Source: an uncultured delta proteobacterium
Lineage (GTDB): Bacteria; Myxococcota; Myxococcia; Myxococcales; Myxococcaceae
NCBI GenBank assembly: GCA_963776345.1
Contig: CAVZMH010000012.1
Span: 124,502-188,501 of the forward strand
DNA length: 64,000 nucleotides
Reading direction: 5' to 3'
A program made the translations under genes and the position numbers. Numbering within the stretch: position 1 is the stretch's first letter; each line of letters opens with the position of its first letter. This document shows positions 41,918-52,165 of the stretch, in pieces. The notes under the pieces were generated by a model. That model did no database searches. It was not told the origin of the DNA and saw nothing but the letters and a program-made list of their open reading frames with translations.

Positions 41918-43171
41918 TCAGAGCTGTCCGAGGAACACGAGGAGCGCCTCCTGGTCCGCGGGACCGAGCGCCCGGAAGCGATCCACCACCCCGGCCGCCT
42001 CGGAGCCCGGTCCGGCGTGCCCGAGCACGGCATCGCGCAGCGTCGCCGCCCGTCCGTCGTGGAGGTAGGCGGGGAGGTACCTCAGGCCGATGAGTGGAGC
42101 GGTGCGGAAGTCGCGCGGCCCGGCGCCCTCCTCCTCCTGGCCGTCGGCGAGGTCGGCCCCCATGTCGTGGAGGAGGAGGTCCGTGAAGACCGGCGCGTCG
42201 ATGCCCGCCAGCTGTGGCGTGGGCCAGTCCGCGTGCGTCCCGAGGCTCGGGACATGGCACACCGCGCAACCCACCGACTCGAACAGCGCGGCCCCCCGTG
42301 CATCCGGGGCCGGCCGCTCGGGGATGTCGAGGAGACGCGTGTACTGCACGACCGCCGCGAGCTGCGCGTCCTGGAGGTCGACGCCGGGGAGCAGGTCGTC
42401 GGCCAGGCCGTCGGGGTTCGGCAGCTCCGCGGGTCGGAGGCTGGTGGTCAGGCCGAGGTCGCCCTGGAGCGCATCGGCGGCCACGTCGTCCAGCGTCGCC
42501 AGGCGTGCCTTCACCCCGAAGCGGCCGACGAGGCCGGTCTCGCCGCTGACATGCACCGGGAAGCGCGGGTCGATCGATCGGCTCGAATGGAAGGACACTC
42601 GGTGCACCCGTCCGTGGATGGCGTCGGTCCGGAGCGCCTGCTCCGCGGCCACCCGCTCGATCTCCGACTCGGCGATGGCCTCCAGGTACGCCCGGCCGAA
42701 GACCGGGGCGGCGACGCGCGTCGTGACCTCGAGCGCCGCGCCGGGTGGAAGCCCCCCGTCGGGCGGGAGGACCGGAGTCACCGCCCCGGCCGTCACCAGC
42801 GGCCTCACCAGCGGGCCGAAGGGCAGCAGCGCGACCGGCCTCCCCGTGCTCGCCGAGACCACCGCCATGCGCTGGGTCTGACCGGGTCCCCGGCCGCCGC
42901 GCAGGTGGCATGCGGTGCACGAGGGGCGCACGTAGACCGGCCCGAGCCCCTCGACCGGATCGAACAGGTGCTCGAACACGGCATCACCGCCGCGGAACGC
43001 ACGGGCCTGGTCGATCGTCGCCTGGTGCATCAGCGCGTCCGGCGTTCCCGGTGACGGGGCAAGGGCCACCCCGGGCACCCCGGAGTCCGCGGCTCCAGGC
43101 GTTCCTCCTCCTCCGCAGGCGAGGAGCACCAGGGCGAGCACGCAGAGACGGGCCACGGCCCAGGCATCCAA
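41918..43171 (-). CDS. Di-heme oxidoreductase-like (DUF1111/DHOR) lipoprotein
   Basis: LLAC lipobox; GLGPVY..SCTACH, GRFGVKA, GCAVCH, FTDLLLHDMG, FRTAPLIGL, YLHDGRA. Confidence 0.88.
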   Translation of the reverse strand: MDAWAVARLCVLALVLLACGGGGTPGAADSGVPGVALAPSPGTPDALMHQATIDQARAFRGGDAVFEHLFDPVEGLGPVYVRPSCTACHLRGGRGPGQTQRMAVVSASTGRPVALLPFGPLVRPLVTAGAVTPVLPPDGGLPPGAALEVTTRVAAPVFGRAYLEAIAESEIERVAAEQALRTDAIHGRVHRVSFHSSRSIDPRFPVHVSGETGLVGRFGVKARLATLDDVAADALQGDLGLTTSLRPAELPNPDGLADDLLPGVDLQDAQLAAVVQYTRLLDIPERPAPDARGAALFESVGCAVCHVPSLGTHADWPTPQLAGIDAPVFTDLLLHDMGADLADGQEEEGAGPRDFRTAPLIGLRYLPAYLHDGRAATLRDAVLGHAGPGSEAAGVVDRFRALGPADQEALLVFLGQL

Positions 43172-43232
43172 CCACCACCAGCACGCCCGTGGCGACGCCT
43201 CTGGCCGCGCGGGGCGACCCAGGCGACGCCGA

Positions 43233-44132
43233 TCAGGTGCCGAGCAGCGCCACCAGCATGGTGAGCACCGCGACCACGCTCGAGACGAGGAGGTCGAGCA
43301 TCCCGAGGGTCACCGTCTTCAGCAGGGTCATCGGCCAGCCGCTCCGGTAGAAGCGCCGCGCCGCGAGGAGGAACCAGACCACCGGTCCCACCGCGCCGAG
43401 CAGCTGCACCGGCGGCCATCCAGTGAGCCCGAGCCCCAGCCCGAGGAACAGGACGGTGTGCGCGTGGAGCGCGAAGACCAGACTCTCCACGTAGAGCCGC
43501 TTCCACCAGAGCATCCGCAGCAGCAGCGCGAACACGGGGAGGAGGAGGAAGATGGCCTTGGGCAGCCGGCTCAGGAACTCGAGCCGCAGCCGCTCCTTGG
43601 CCGAGGAGAGACTCTGGTCGCCGGTCTGCTTCCCGGCGCCCTCGACGGAGCCCGGCGCCCCGGGCGGCACGTCCTCGAGCCGCTCCAGCTTCTCTTGAAG
43701 TCGCCGCTCCAGGCTCGGCGCGAAGGGGAGGCTGATCCGATCGCCCTTCCCCACCTTGAGGGTCATCACATGCAGCGGACGGAGCGCCAGCGCCGAGAAG
43801 AACAGAACGCTCACCCAGAAGTAGAGCCGGAGCGGGCGGATGTAACGGCTGCGCTTGCCTTCCGCGTAGGCCTCGCTCAGCGCTCCGGGATGGCGGAGCA
43901 GCGTCCAGAGGGTCCGCCAGAGCTTCGACTCCAGCAGGACCGCGGGTCCGACCGCGTCCTTGAGCAGCTGCCAGAGGCTCCGGTGCTCGGGCTCGTTCTT
44001 CTGGCCGCAGGTGGCGCAGAAGGGCCCCCGCATCAGCGCGCCGCAATCGAGGCAGTGGTCCGGAAGCCGCTCTCCCCGGCGCGAGTAGCGCCAGGGCTCG
44101 AGCTGCTCCTCTGGCCGGACCCTCTCCTGCAC
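43233..44132 (-). CDS. DUF3667-domain membrane protein
   Basis: CLDCGALMRGPFCATCGQK; KLWRTLWTLLRHPGALS..GKRSRYIRPLRLY. Confidence 0.82.
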   Translation of the reverse strand: MQERVRPEEQLEPWRYSRRGERLPDHCLDCGALMRGPFCATCGQKNEPEHRSLWQLLKDAVGPAVLLESKLWRTLWTLLRHPGALSEAYAEGKRSRYIRPLRLYFWVSVLFFSALALRPLHVMTLKVGKGDRISLPFAPSLERRLQEKLERLEDVPPGAPGSVEGAGKQTGDQSLSSAKERLRLEFLSRLPKAIFLLLPVFALLLRMLWWKRLYVESLVFALHAHTVLFLGLGLGLTGWPPVQLLGAVGPVVWFLLAARRFYRSGWPMTLLKTVTLGMLDLLVSSVVAVLTMLVALLGT

Positions 44133-44174
44133 GTGAAGGCGGCGAGCGTACCCGATGCGGCGCGCCGACGGCGC

Positions 44175-46304
44175 TCAGGTGACGAGCGGCTTCTTTGCCA
44201 CCCTGTAGAGCAGCACGCCCATCAGCACGAAGAACGCGACCCCGAGCAGGTCGAACCCGCCCCTGCCCAGCGCACCGACGAGCGGGCCACTGAAGTCGAG
44301 CTTGCCGAGCAAGCCCTCGATGCTCGGGGAGATGGAGAGCAGCGCCACCGCCACCCCGAGGAGTGTGCCGCCCGCCACCAGCCCGGTGGCGAAGAGGCTT
44401 CCGGAGCCCAGCTCGTCGTCGTGCGAGGCGCCCTTCTTCTCGCTGGTCCGGTCCACGATGGCCTTCACCACCCCTCCACAGAAGATGGGGAGGGTGGTGG
44501 ACAGCGGCAGGTATGCGCCGACGGCGAAGGACAGGGGCGAGACGCCGCACAGCTCCACGGTGAGCGCGAGGAACACGCCCACCAGCACGAACTGCCAGTC
44601 GAGGTTGAAGGAGAGCAGCCCGCGGATGAGCGTGGCCATCAGCGTGCCCTGGGGCGCCGGGAACCGGGTGGTGCCGATCTGGTGCATCAGCGTGCCGGTG
44701 GCCTGGTCGAGGACTGGCTTGTCCAGCGCGGTGACGGTGATGCCGATGATCAGCGACGCGGCGACCACGCCGATGATCAGCCCGAGCTGCTGGTACCTCG
44801 GCGTCGCCCCGACCAAGAAGCCGGTCTTGAGGTCCTGCGAGGTCGCCCCCGCGTTCGCCGCCGCCACGCACACGATGCCGCCCACGCACAGGGCCATCGG
44901 CTGATACGGGTCCGAGGTCCAGCCGAGCCCGATGAAGAGGAGACAGGTCGCCATCAGCGTGGCGATGGTCATCCCCGAGACCGGGCTGCTGCTGGTGCCG
45001 ATGATGCCCACGATGCGCGAGGCCACCGTCACGAAGAAGAAGCCGAAGACGATGATCAGCACGCCCAGCACCAGCCGCCCGAGGAAGGTGCCGGGGATGA
45101 ACGGCAGGAAGGCCATGATCAGCACCAGCGCGATGCTGCCACCCACGGTCACGGTGAGAGGCAGGTCGTTCTCGGTCCGCCGGGCGGTGACTCCCTCGCG
45201 GCCGGCCTTGAGCGCCGCGATGCTGCTCTTGAAGCTGCTGATGATGGTGGGCAGCGTCTTGAGGAGGGTCATGAAGCCGCCCGCGGCCACCGCGCCAGCG
45301 CCGATCTGCCGGACGTACGCGTAGTAGATGGCGGTGTTCAGCTCCGCGAAGGTGTGTGTCGCCGGGTTCCAGCCGTAGCGCCCGGCCCTCATGAGGTCGG
45401 GCAGATACCCGAGCTTGTGCAGCTGGACCGCGACGATCTGCGGCGGCACCAGCGAGGCGAGCAGCGGGATCAGCCCGAGCCAGGCGAGCACGCCGCCCGC
45501 GACCAGCACCCCGGCGATCCGCGGGCCGATGATGTAGCCCACGCCGAGGTACTCGGGAGTGATGCTCCCGTTCACCGTGGCCGCAGGGAACACCCGGCTG
45601 GTGGCGCGGGTCACGTACCCCGGTGTGTCGGCGATCACCTTGAAGACCTGCTGGAGCAGCGCGTACACCACCGCGAAGCCGAGCCCCCGGTAGGCGGTCG
45701 CGGCCATCTCGCCGCCCTTCTCGCCGGCGATGAGCACCTGGGCGCAGGCCGTGCCCTCGGGGTACGGCAGGTTCCCGTGCTCGTTGACGATCAGCGCCCG
45801 CCGCAGCGGAATCATCATCAGCACGCCGAGGATGCCGCCCAGCACCGCCAGGGTGAAGATGACCGGGTAGCTGAAGTACGGAGCACCCACGCTGGTGCGG
45901 GTCTGGGCGTCGGCGGCGAGGAAGAGGAAGCCCGGGAGGGTGAACACCACGCCCGAGGCGATGCTCTCGCCGGCGGACCCGATGGTCTGGACGATGTTGT
46001 TCTCCAGGATGGTGGAGCCGCCGAGGCGCTTCAGGACGGAGATCGACAGCACCGCCACCGGGATGGACGCCGACACCGTCAGGCCCGCCTTGAGCGCCAG
46101 GTAGACGGTGGAGGCGCCGAAGAGCAGGCCGAAGAACACCCCCACCCCGATCGCCTTGGGGGTGAACTCCTTCAGCTGGGTGTCGTCGCTGACATAGGGC
46201 TTGAAGTCGGACGCGGCCTCCGCGGCGACTCCGGCGGGAAGGACGCTGGCGGCACCGGCCGGCGAGGACGCGGCGGTGTGTGGCGCGGCGGGGTCGACTG
46301 CCAT
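44175..46304 (-). CDS. OPT family oligopeptide transporter
   Basis: YLALKAGLTVSASIP, ILENNIVQTIGSAGES, LPYPEGTACA, SPVSGMTIA, QDLKTG, PAPQGTLMA. Confidence 0.93.
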   Translation of the reverse strand: MAVDPAAPHTAASSPAGAASVLPAGVAAEAASDFKPYVSDDTQLKEFTPKAIGVGVFFGLLFGASTVYLALKAGLTVSASIPVAVLSISVLKRLGGSTILENNIVQTIGSAGESIASGVVFTLPGFLFLAADAQTRTSVGAPYFSYPVIFTLAVLGGILGVLMMIPLRRALIVNEHGNLPYPEGTACAQVLIAGEKGGEMAATAYRGLGFAVVYALLQQVFKVIADTPGYVTRATSRVFPAATVNGSITPEYLGVGYIIGPRIAGVLVAGGVLAWLGLIPLLASLVPPQIVAVQLHKLGYLPDLMRAGRYGWNPATHTFAELNTAIYYAYVRQIGAGAVAAGGFMTLLKTLPTIISSFKSSIAALKAGREGVTARRTENDLPLTVTVGGSIALVLIMAFLPFIPGTFLGRLVLGVLIIVFGFFFVTVASRIVGIIGTSSSPVSGMTIATLMATCLLFIGLGWTSDPYQPMALCVGGIVCVAAANAGATSQDLKTGFLVGATPRYQQLGLIIGVVAASLIIGITVTALDKPVLDQATGTLMHQIGTTRFPAPQGTLMATLIRGLLSFNLDWQFVLVGVFLALTVELCGVSPLSFAVGAYLPLSTTLPIFCGGVVKAIVDRTSEKKGASHDDELGSGSLFATGLVAGGTLLGVAVALLSISPSIEGLLGKLDFSGPLVGALGRGGFDLLGVAFFVLMGVLLYRVAKKPLVT

Positions 46305-46367
46305 TTGGGGTGAGCCTCCCTCCCTCGGAGAAGGGTCGGCATTGAGGCAGGGCGCTCCCCCCCGCTG

Positions 46368-47009
46368 TCAAGAGCTTCCGCGGGCGCTCCGGGCGGCGGG
46401 CGGACGCGCGACGCCGCGGATGCTCCTGCTGACCAGCGTGGCCGAGCCGGGGAGCAGCTCCTCGGTGCAAGGCGCGAGCTCGAACCCGGCGGACTCGAGC
46501 AGCGGGCCGGTCTCGCGGGTCAGGTGGCAGTTCCCGGCGATGCGCCTCCACACCGGCTCGAGGACGCCCTGGGCACGACGGGCCCACGTCCCGGGGGGCG
46601 CGGCGACGTGCTCGATGAAGAGGAACATCCCGCCGGGTCGGAGCACCCGGTGGATCTCGGAGAGGACCCCCGACGGGTCATGCACCGAGCAGAGGACCAG
46701 CGTGGCGACGACGGTGTCGAAGCTCTGCGCGGCGAGCGGCAGGGCCTCGGCGGGGGCATCCAGGACCTCCACGCCGGGCCGGCCGCCGATCCGGCGCTGG
46801 AGGACCTCGCGCATGTGTCGGTCGGGCTCGGAGAGGACCAGCCGGGAGAGGTTCCCCGGGTACAGGGCCAGGTTGCCGCCGGTCCCGGCGCCGAGTTCGA
46901 GCACGTCGCCCCGGGCGCGGCCGAGCAGCTCCCGGCGCCAGTCCCGGAGCCCTGCCTCCTCGGCGCCCTCCATGAAGCGGTCGTATATCCGCGAAATCAG
47001 CCAGCCCAC
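46368..47009 (-). CDS. Class I SAM-dependent methyltransferase
   Basis: VLELGAGTG, FDTVVATLVLCSV, RVLRPGG, NCHLTR. Confidence 0.88.
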   Translation of the reverse strand: MGWLISRIYDRFMEGAEEAGLRDWRRELLGRARGDVLELGAGTGGNLALYPGNLSRLVLSEPDRHMREVLQRRIGGRPGVEVLDAPAEALPLAAQSFDTVVATLVLCSVHDPSGVLSEIHRVLRPGGMFLFIEHVAAPPGTWARRAQGVLEPVWRRIAGNCHLTRETGPLLESAGFELAPCTEELLPGSATLVSRSIRGVARPPAARSARGSS

Positions 47010-47081
47010 GGTGAAGCACCTCGCGTCGAATCCAAGGTGAAGCGGAGCGCAGCCTGCGCTAGAGAGCCGCCCCGAGAAAAG

Positions 47082-47624
47082 ATGCCCACGCAAATCGTCA
47101 TCTGGCCCGACAAGGTTCTAACCACCCGGACCCGCGCGGTGACCGACTTCGGTCCCGCGCTGACCGCGTTGCTGGACGGGATGATGGAGTCGCTGCGGGC
47201 GGCGGAGGGGATCGGAATCGCGGCCAACCAGATCGGGGTGTCGTTGGCGGTGGCCTGGGTGGGCCGCGAGGACGGAACCTTCTTCGAGATCGTGAACCCG
47301 GCGGTGCTGGAGAAGAGCGAGCCGGTGAGCCTCGAGGAGGGGTGTCTCTCGGTGCCGCACGAGTGGGAGCAGACGCCGCGGTTCGGGAAGGTCCGGGTGC
47401 GGTACCAGGACCGGAATGGCGCGGAGCAAGAGCTCACGGCCGAGGGGCGGCTGGCCCACGTCCTGCAGCACGAGATCGATCACCTCGGGGGGACGACCTT
47501 CGTGGACCACCTGTCGCAGCTCAAGCGCGGGCTGATCCGCAAGCGGATGCAGAAGCTCCAGAAGGAGCGTGCAGCCGACCTGGCCGGCGGGCACGTCCAC
47601 ACCGAGGACTGCGAGCACGACTGA
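47082..47624 (+). CDS. def: Peptide deformylase
   Basis: GIGIAANQIG, EGCLSVP, QHEIDHL. Confidence 0.95.
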   Translation: MPTQIVIWPDKVLTTRTRAVTDFGPALTALLDGMMESLRAAEGIGIAANQIGVSLAVAWVGREDGTFFEIVNPAVLEKSEPVSLEEGCLSVPHEWEQTPRFGKVRVRYQDRNGAEQELTAEGRLAHVLQHEIDHLGGTTFVDHLSQLKRGLIRKRMQKLQKERAADLAGGHVHTEDCEHD

Positions 47625-47679
47625 GCCGGTCGCCGGGGTCCCGGCTGGGCGGGGAGCGCCCTGCCCAGCTCGAGAGGCG

Positions 47680-47992
47680 TCTATTTCGAGGTGTCATTGT
47701 GTCCCATTTCGAGGTGTCTGACACCTCGATCCGGACACCTCGATTCGGGGCGTCGATTCGGTCCGCAACCTCTCGTGATCCTGGGAGGACCCGAGGCTCA
47801 CCCAGGTCCACGGCCGAGGACTGGGCCATCTCGTTCGAGGTGTTCTCGTTCGGGGACAGAACCCCTCGTTCGGGACGCCTTGTTCGGACAGCCCGGCTGA
47901 GAGGTGCCTATTTCGAGGTGTCATTTCGAGGTGTCTGACACCTCGATTTGGGGGAGAACTGGTTCGAGGGCACCTCGCTCGGACACCTCGCT
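47680..47992. repeat. REP-like repeat locus 10 (two cores about 215 bp apart)
   Basis: ATTTCGAGGTGTC units, cores GAGGTGTCTGACACCTCGAT at about 47710 and 47927, GACACCTCG units; degenerate CTCGTTCG units between them. Confidence 0.88.
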
Positions 47993-48185
47993 CCGGCTCC
48001 TCGGCTCGGGCCTAGTGGAGCCGGGGAGCCGGTCCTCCCAGGTCCGTACCGCATCGCGTTGGACGGTGCGGCTGCTTGCTCGGCCACCGACGGCCCGCGG
48101 GGCGCGGGCCGGGCGCAGGAAGGCCCCCGGCGCCGCCGATTTCGTCGCCTCCAACCGCCCCGGCCCGTGCGAGTCTCCCGGGCTT

Positions 48186-50726
48186 GTGACGACCGACGAC
48201 CGCAACTTCCGCCTCTCCCGGGACGTCCTCCCCCGGCGCACCCAGGCGACGCTCACCCTGGACCTCGATGCGCGGACCTTCGCCGGCGAGGCCGAGTTCA
48301 CGCTCTCGGTCGAGCAGCCGGTCCGGAGCCTCGTCCTGCACGCGGTGGAGCTCGACGTCTCCCGCGCCGAAGTGCACGCCGGCGGCCACACGGCCCGCGC
48401 CAGCGTCCGGGTACAGCCGGTGAGCGAGACGGTGGTGCTCGACCTCGACGCCGAGCTGCCGAAGGGCGAGGCCCGTCTGCACCTCGCGTGGACCGGACGC
48501 TTCACCGAGGGGCTGCGGGGCCTCTACCTGGCTGGCCCGGTCGCGGCGACCCAGTTCGAGGCGGCCGATGCCCGACGGGTCTTCCCCTGCTTCGACGAGC
48601 CGGCGTTCAAGTGCACCTGGGCGCTCACGGTGAAGGTGCCGCCCGGCCTCGTCGCGCTGAGCAACGGCCGCGTGCTCGCCGAGGAGCTCGAGGGCCACCA
48701 CCGGAAGGTCCGCTTCGCGGAGACCGAAGTGCTCCCGAGCTACCTGGTGGCGCTGGTGGTGGGGCCGCTCGTCTCCACCGCCGAGGAGAGCGCGGCGGGC
48801 ATCCCCGTGCGGACCTGGTGCCTCGAGGAGAAAGGGGCGCTGCTCGGCTTCGGCCAGCAGACCGCGCTCGCCGTGCTGCCGCGGCTCCAGGACTACTTCG
48901 GCCTCCCGTACGCGTTCGGGAAGCTCGACCAGGTCGGCATCCCCGACTTCGAGGCCGGGGCCATGGAGAACGCCGGGCTCATCACCTACCGCGAGGTGGC
49001 GCTGCTGCTCGACCCGGCCACCGCGCCACTCTCGGTCCAGAAGCGCGTCGCCGAGGTGGTGACCCACGAGCTCGCCCACCAGTGGTTCGGCAACTGGGTG
49101 ACGATGGTCTGGTGGGACGACCTCTGGCTCAACGAGGCCTTCGCCACCTGGATGGCCTACAAGATCGTCGACGGCTGGCGGCCGGACTGGCGGGTGTGGC
49201 TCGACTTCGACACCGGGAAGGCCACCGCCCTCCACCTGGACGCGCTGCGCTCCACCCATCCCATCCGCGGCACGGTGGCGAACGCGGCCGAGGCCACCGA
49301 GAGCTTCGACGCCATCACCTACGAGAAGGGCGGCGCGGTCCTCCGGATGATCGAGGGCTTCGTCGGCGAGGAGGCCTTCCGGGCGGGCATCCGCGACTAC
49401 ATGCGCAAGCACGCGCGCGCGAACGCCGTCGCCGATGACCTCTGGGGAGCGCTGGCCAGGGCCTCGCACGCGCCGGTGGTCGAGCTGGCCAACGCGTGGA
49501 TCCGCCAGAGCGGCTACCCGGTGGTGAGCGTGACGCTCGAGGGCAACCGCGTGCGCGTCTCCCAGGGGCGCTTCTTCTCCGAGCCCGGCCTCGCCGGGCC
49601 CGAGACCTGGCCGGTGCCGCTGGTCCTCGCCTGGGGCGACGACCGGGGCCGGCACACCCGGACGTTCCTCCTCGAGGGGCAGACCGGAGAGGTGACGCTG
49701 GAGGCCGCGGGCCCGGTGCGCTGGCTGGACGCGAACGCGGGGTCCACCGGCTTCTACCGGGTCGCGTACTCGGCCGTGCTGCTGGCGGGGCTGGGCAAGG
49801 CTCTCGCCGATCTGCTCCCGGCCGAGCGCATCGGGCTGCTCGCGGACCAGTGGGCGCTGGTCCGGGCCGGCCGGGCGCGCATCTCGGACTTCCTGGACCT
49901 GGTGCTCGCCTTCGGCGGGGAGTCGGACCATGCCGTGCTCGACGAGCTCGTGGGACGGCTGGCCTACATCGAGGCGCGCCTGGTCGACGGCGACGACCAG
50001 GAGCGCTTCCGGCGGCTCGTCGAGCGGCTCTTCCTCCCGCGGCTCCGGCAGATGGGCTGGGACCCGGTGGCCGGCGAGACGGACCAGGATCGGCTGCGGC
50101 GCGCGGCCCTCCTCCGCGCGGTGGCGGGCGTGGCGCGCGAAAGATCGGTGCTCGCGGAGACCGCGCCCCGCGTGGACCGGGTGCTCAACGGACAGCGCAC
50201 CGCGCTCGACCCCAACCTGGTGGATACCGCGGTGGCGGTCACCGCCCGCGACGGGGACGGCGAGCTGTTCGACCAGCTCCGCGCCGCGTTCCCGCAGGAG
50301 CCGGACCCGGCGGTGAAGCGGCGATACCTCCTGGCGCTGACCGCCTTCGAGCGGCCCGAGCTCGTGGACCGTGCCCAGGCGATGCTCCTCGACGGCGCCG
50401 TGCCGCTCCAGGACTTCGCCTCCTTCGTGCACGGCATGCTGGCGAACCGCGAGGCGCGCGAGGGCAGCTGGAAGCTGCTGCGCGACCGCTGGTCGACGGT
50501 GATGGAGAAGACCGCCGGCGCGCCGATGCTGCTCCGCCGCGTGGTGGAGGCGCTGGGCAACCTCCGCGAGCGGCGGCACCTCGACGAGGCCCGGGCGTTC
50601 CTCTCCGCGCACCCGGTGGCCGAGGCGCAGCAGGCCGTGGCACAGACTCTCGAGCGCCTGGCGCAGGACGTCGCCCTGCGCGAGCGGCTGGTTCCCGAGG
50701 TCTCGGTGTGGCTCCGCGGCCGGTGA
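48186..50726 (+). CDS. M1 family aminopeptidase with an ERAP1-like C-terminal domain
   Basis: TQFEAADARRVFPCFDEP, GAMEN, HELAHQWFGN..WLNEAFA, YEKG. Confidence 0.94.
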   Translation: MTTDDRNFRLSRDVLPRRTQATLTLDLDARTFAGEAEFTLSVEQPVRSLVLHAVELDVSRAEVHAGGHTARASVRVQPVSETVVLDLDAELPKGEARLHLAWTGRFTEGLRGLYLAGPVAATQFEAADARRVFPCFDEPAFKCTWALTVKVPPGLVALSNGRVLAEELEGHHRKVRFAETEVLPSYLVALVVGPLVSTAEESAAGIPVRTWCLEEKGALLGFGQQTALAVLPRLQDYFGLPYAFGKLDQVGIPDFEAGAMENAGLITYREVALLLDPATAPLSVQKRVAEVVTHELAHQWFGNWVTMVWWDDLWLNEAFATWMAYKIVDGWRPDWRVWLDFDTGKATALHLDALRSTHPIRGTVANAAEATESFDAITYEKGGAVLRMIEGFVGEEAFRAGIRDYMRKHARANAVADDLWGALARASHAPVVELANAWIRQSGYPVVSVTLEGNRVRVSQGRFFSEPGLAGPETWPVPLVLAWGDDRGRHTRTFLLEGQTGEVTLEAAGPVRWLDANAGSTGFYRVAYSAVLLAGLGKALADLLPAERIGLLADQWALVRAGRARISDFLDLVLAFGGESDHAVLDELVGRLAYIEARLVDGDDQERFRRLVERLFLPRLRQMGWDPVAGETDQDRLRRAALLRAVAGVARERSVLAETAPRVDRVLNGQRTALDPNLVDTAVAVTARDGDGELFDQLRAAFPQEPDPAVKRRYLLALTAFERPELVDRAQAMLLDGAVPLQDFASFVHGMLANREAREGSWKLLRDRWSTVMEKTAGAPMLLRRVVEALGNLRERRHLDEARAFLSAHPVAEAQQAVAQTLERLAQDVALRERLVPEVSVWLRGR

Positions 50727-50756
50727 CACGGGCGCCCGATGCGGGCGGACAAGGCC

Positions 50757-50834
50757 AAAACGAGTAAATCGAGAAAACGAGGTGTCAAGAAAACGAGGTG
50801 TCAGACACCTCGTTTTGTGACACCTCGTTTTGTG
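50757..50834. repeat. REP-like repeat locus 11 (inverted; perfect 13-bp arms)
   Basis: AAAACGAGGTGTC-A-GACACCTCGTTTT at 50790-50816, with each arm duplicated outward. Confidence 0.9.
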
Positions 50835-50842
50835 TTCTGATT

Positions 50843-52165
50843 TCAGTGACTTGAGTTGACGGGCTCGGAGCTGGGCTGAAGCGCCGCCCGGGCCGCCTCG
50901 GTGCCGAAGCGGAGGGCGTCGAGCAGTCCGGGGCCGAAGAGCTGGCGCCGGGACTCGCCGGCCGCCCCGGCCACCCGGTCCGGCGGCTCGACGTAGCCGA
51001 GGTAGCCGTTCACCAGCGACACCACGCGTGCGCCCCCCGAGGCCGCCTCGAGCACCGCGCCGGACGCGGCGGTGGTCTCCACCGGGACGCCGAGCAGCCG
51101 GACCGCGCCGATGCGCAGCTCCGACAGCTCGGTCCACCCCGGCGCCCAGGGCCAGAGCGCCACGTTGTCCACCAGCGTCGCCGCTCCCCAGGGCACGAGG
51201 CGAGAGGCATCCGGCCCGGGCAGCGCGACCTCGAGCCGCGCGTGGGAGAGGCCCGGCCCCATCGGCCGGAGGGGCACCGCCTGCACCGCCGCCTCAACCA
51301 CCCGCGCGAAGGCCTCGGCCGGCTCCTCCGACCCCGCCGCCGCGCGCTGGACGCTCACGTTCCCCACGCTCCCCTGGAGCACCAGGGTGACCCCCTGCCC
51401 TCCGCGCTCCTCCGCCCGGGCCAGGCGACCCGGCCAGTCGGGGTCCAGCCCCGGCGGGGGCCTGGCGACCAACGTGGGGTGCGCGGCGAGCACCACCAGC
51501 TGCGCCACCGGGCCCGCCGCGCCGCGCAGCTGGACGCGCGTCAGCCGGCGGTCCACCTCGGGGAACTCGTCCCGGCTGGCCGTCCCCGCGCTGAGCTCCG
51601 ACACCCCGGCCAGCGCCTCCACGGGCTGGAGCGACGCCGAGGCCGCGGTCAGCGCCCGCGACGCCGCCTCCACCACCCGCGCCCGCACCTCGGGCCGGAA
51701 GCGCGCCGTCCCCGCAACCTGCGCCACCGGATTCAACGCGAACCCGCCCGCCGACGAGTGCGTGTGCGTGGCGGCGACCCACACCGCCGACAGCCCCAGC
51801 CCGGACACGCTCCGCCGCACGGCATCCACCAGCCCCGCGTCGGCCAGCAGCAGGTCCAGGGTGACCAGCCCCACCCGCTCCTCGTCCGAGGCGAGCACCA
51901 CCGCCCGCGCCGAGACCGGAAGCACCAGGCGATCGACCTCGGGCCGGACGAGCCCGTAGCCCACCGCCGGGACCGGGAGGGGCATCGCCATGTCCGCCGT
52001 CCCCGCCCCGGCCCGCAGCGGTCCGTCCCCGGCGCCGCGCGCGACCCGACGCACCTTCGGCTCCCGGCCGAGACCGGAGAGCGGAGCCACCGCCAGGAGC
52101 GCCAGCGCCCCGAGCAGCGCCACGAACCACCGCGGCAGTCGCCGCGCGCCTCGCCTCCGGGTCAT
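50843..52165 (-). CDS. Neutral/alkaline ceramidase N-terminal-domain family protein
   Basis: LRAGAG, SARAVVL, AATHTHSS, AAHPT, LQGSVGN, SLVNGYLGYV. Confidence 0.75.
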   Translation of the reverse strand: MTRRRGARRLPRWFVALLGALALLAVAPLSGLGREPKVRRVARGAGDGPLRAGAGTADMAMPLPVPAVGYGLVRPEVDRLVLPVSARAVVLASDEERVGLVTLDLLLADAGLVDAVRRSVSGLGLSAVWVAATHTHSSAGGFALNPVAQVAGTARFRPEVRARVVEAASRALTAASASLQPVEALAGVSELSAGTASRDEFPEVDRRLTRVQLRGAAGPVAQLVVLAAHPTLVARPPPGLDPDWPGRLARAEERGGQGVTLVLQGSVGNVSVQRAAAGSEEPAEAFARVVEAAVQAVPLRPMGPGLSHARLEVALPGPDASRLVPWGAATLVDNVALWPWAPGWTELSELRIGAVRLLGVPVETTAASGAVLEAASGGARVVSLVNGYLGYVEPPDRVAGAAGESRRQLFGPGLLDALRFGTEAARAALQPSSEPVNSSH

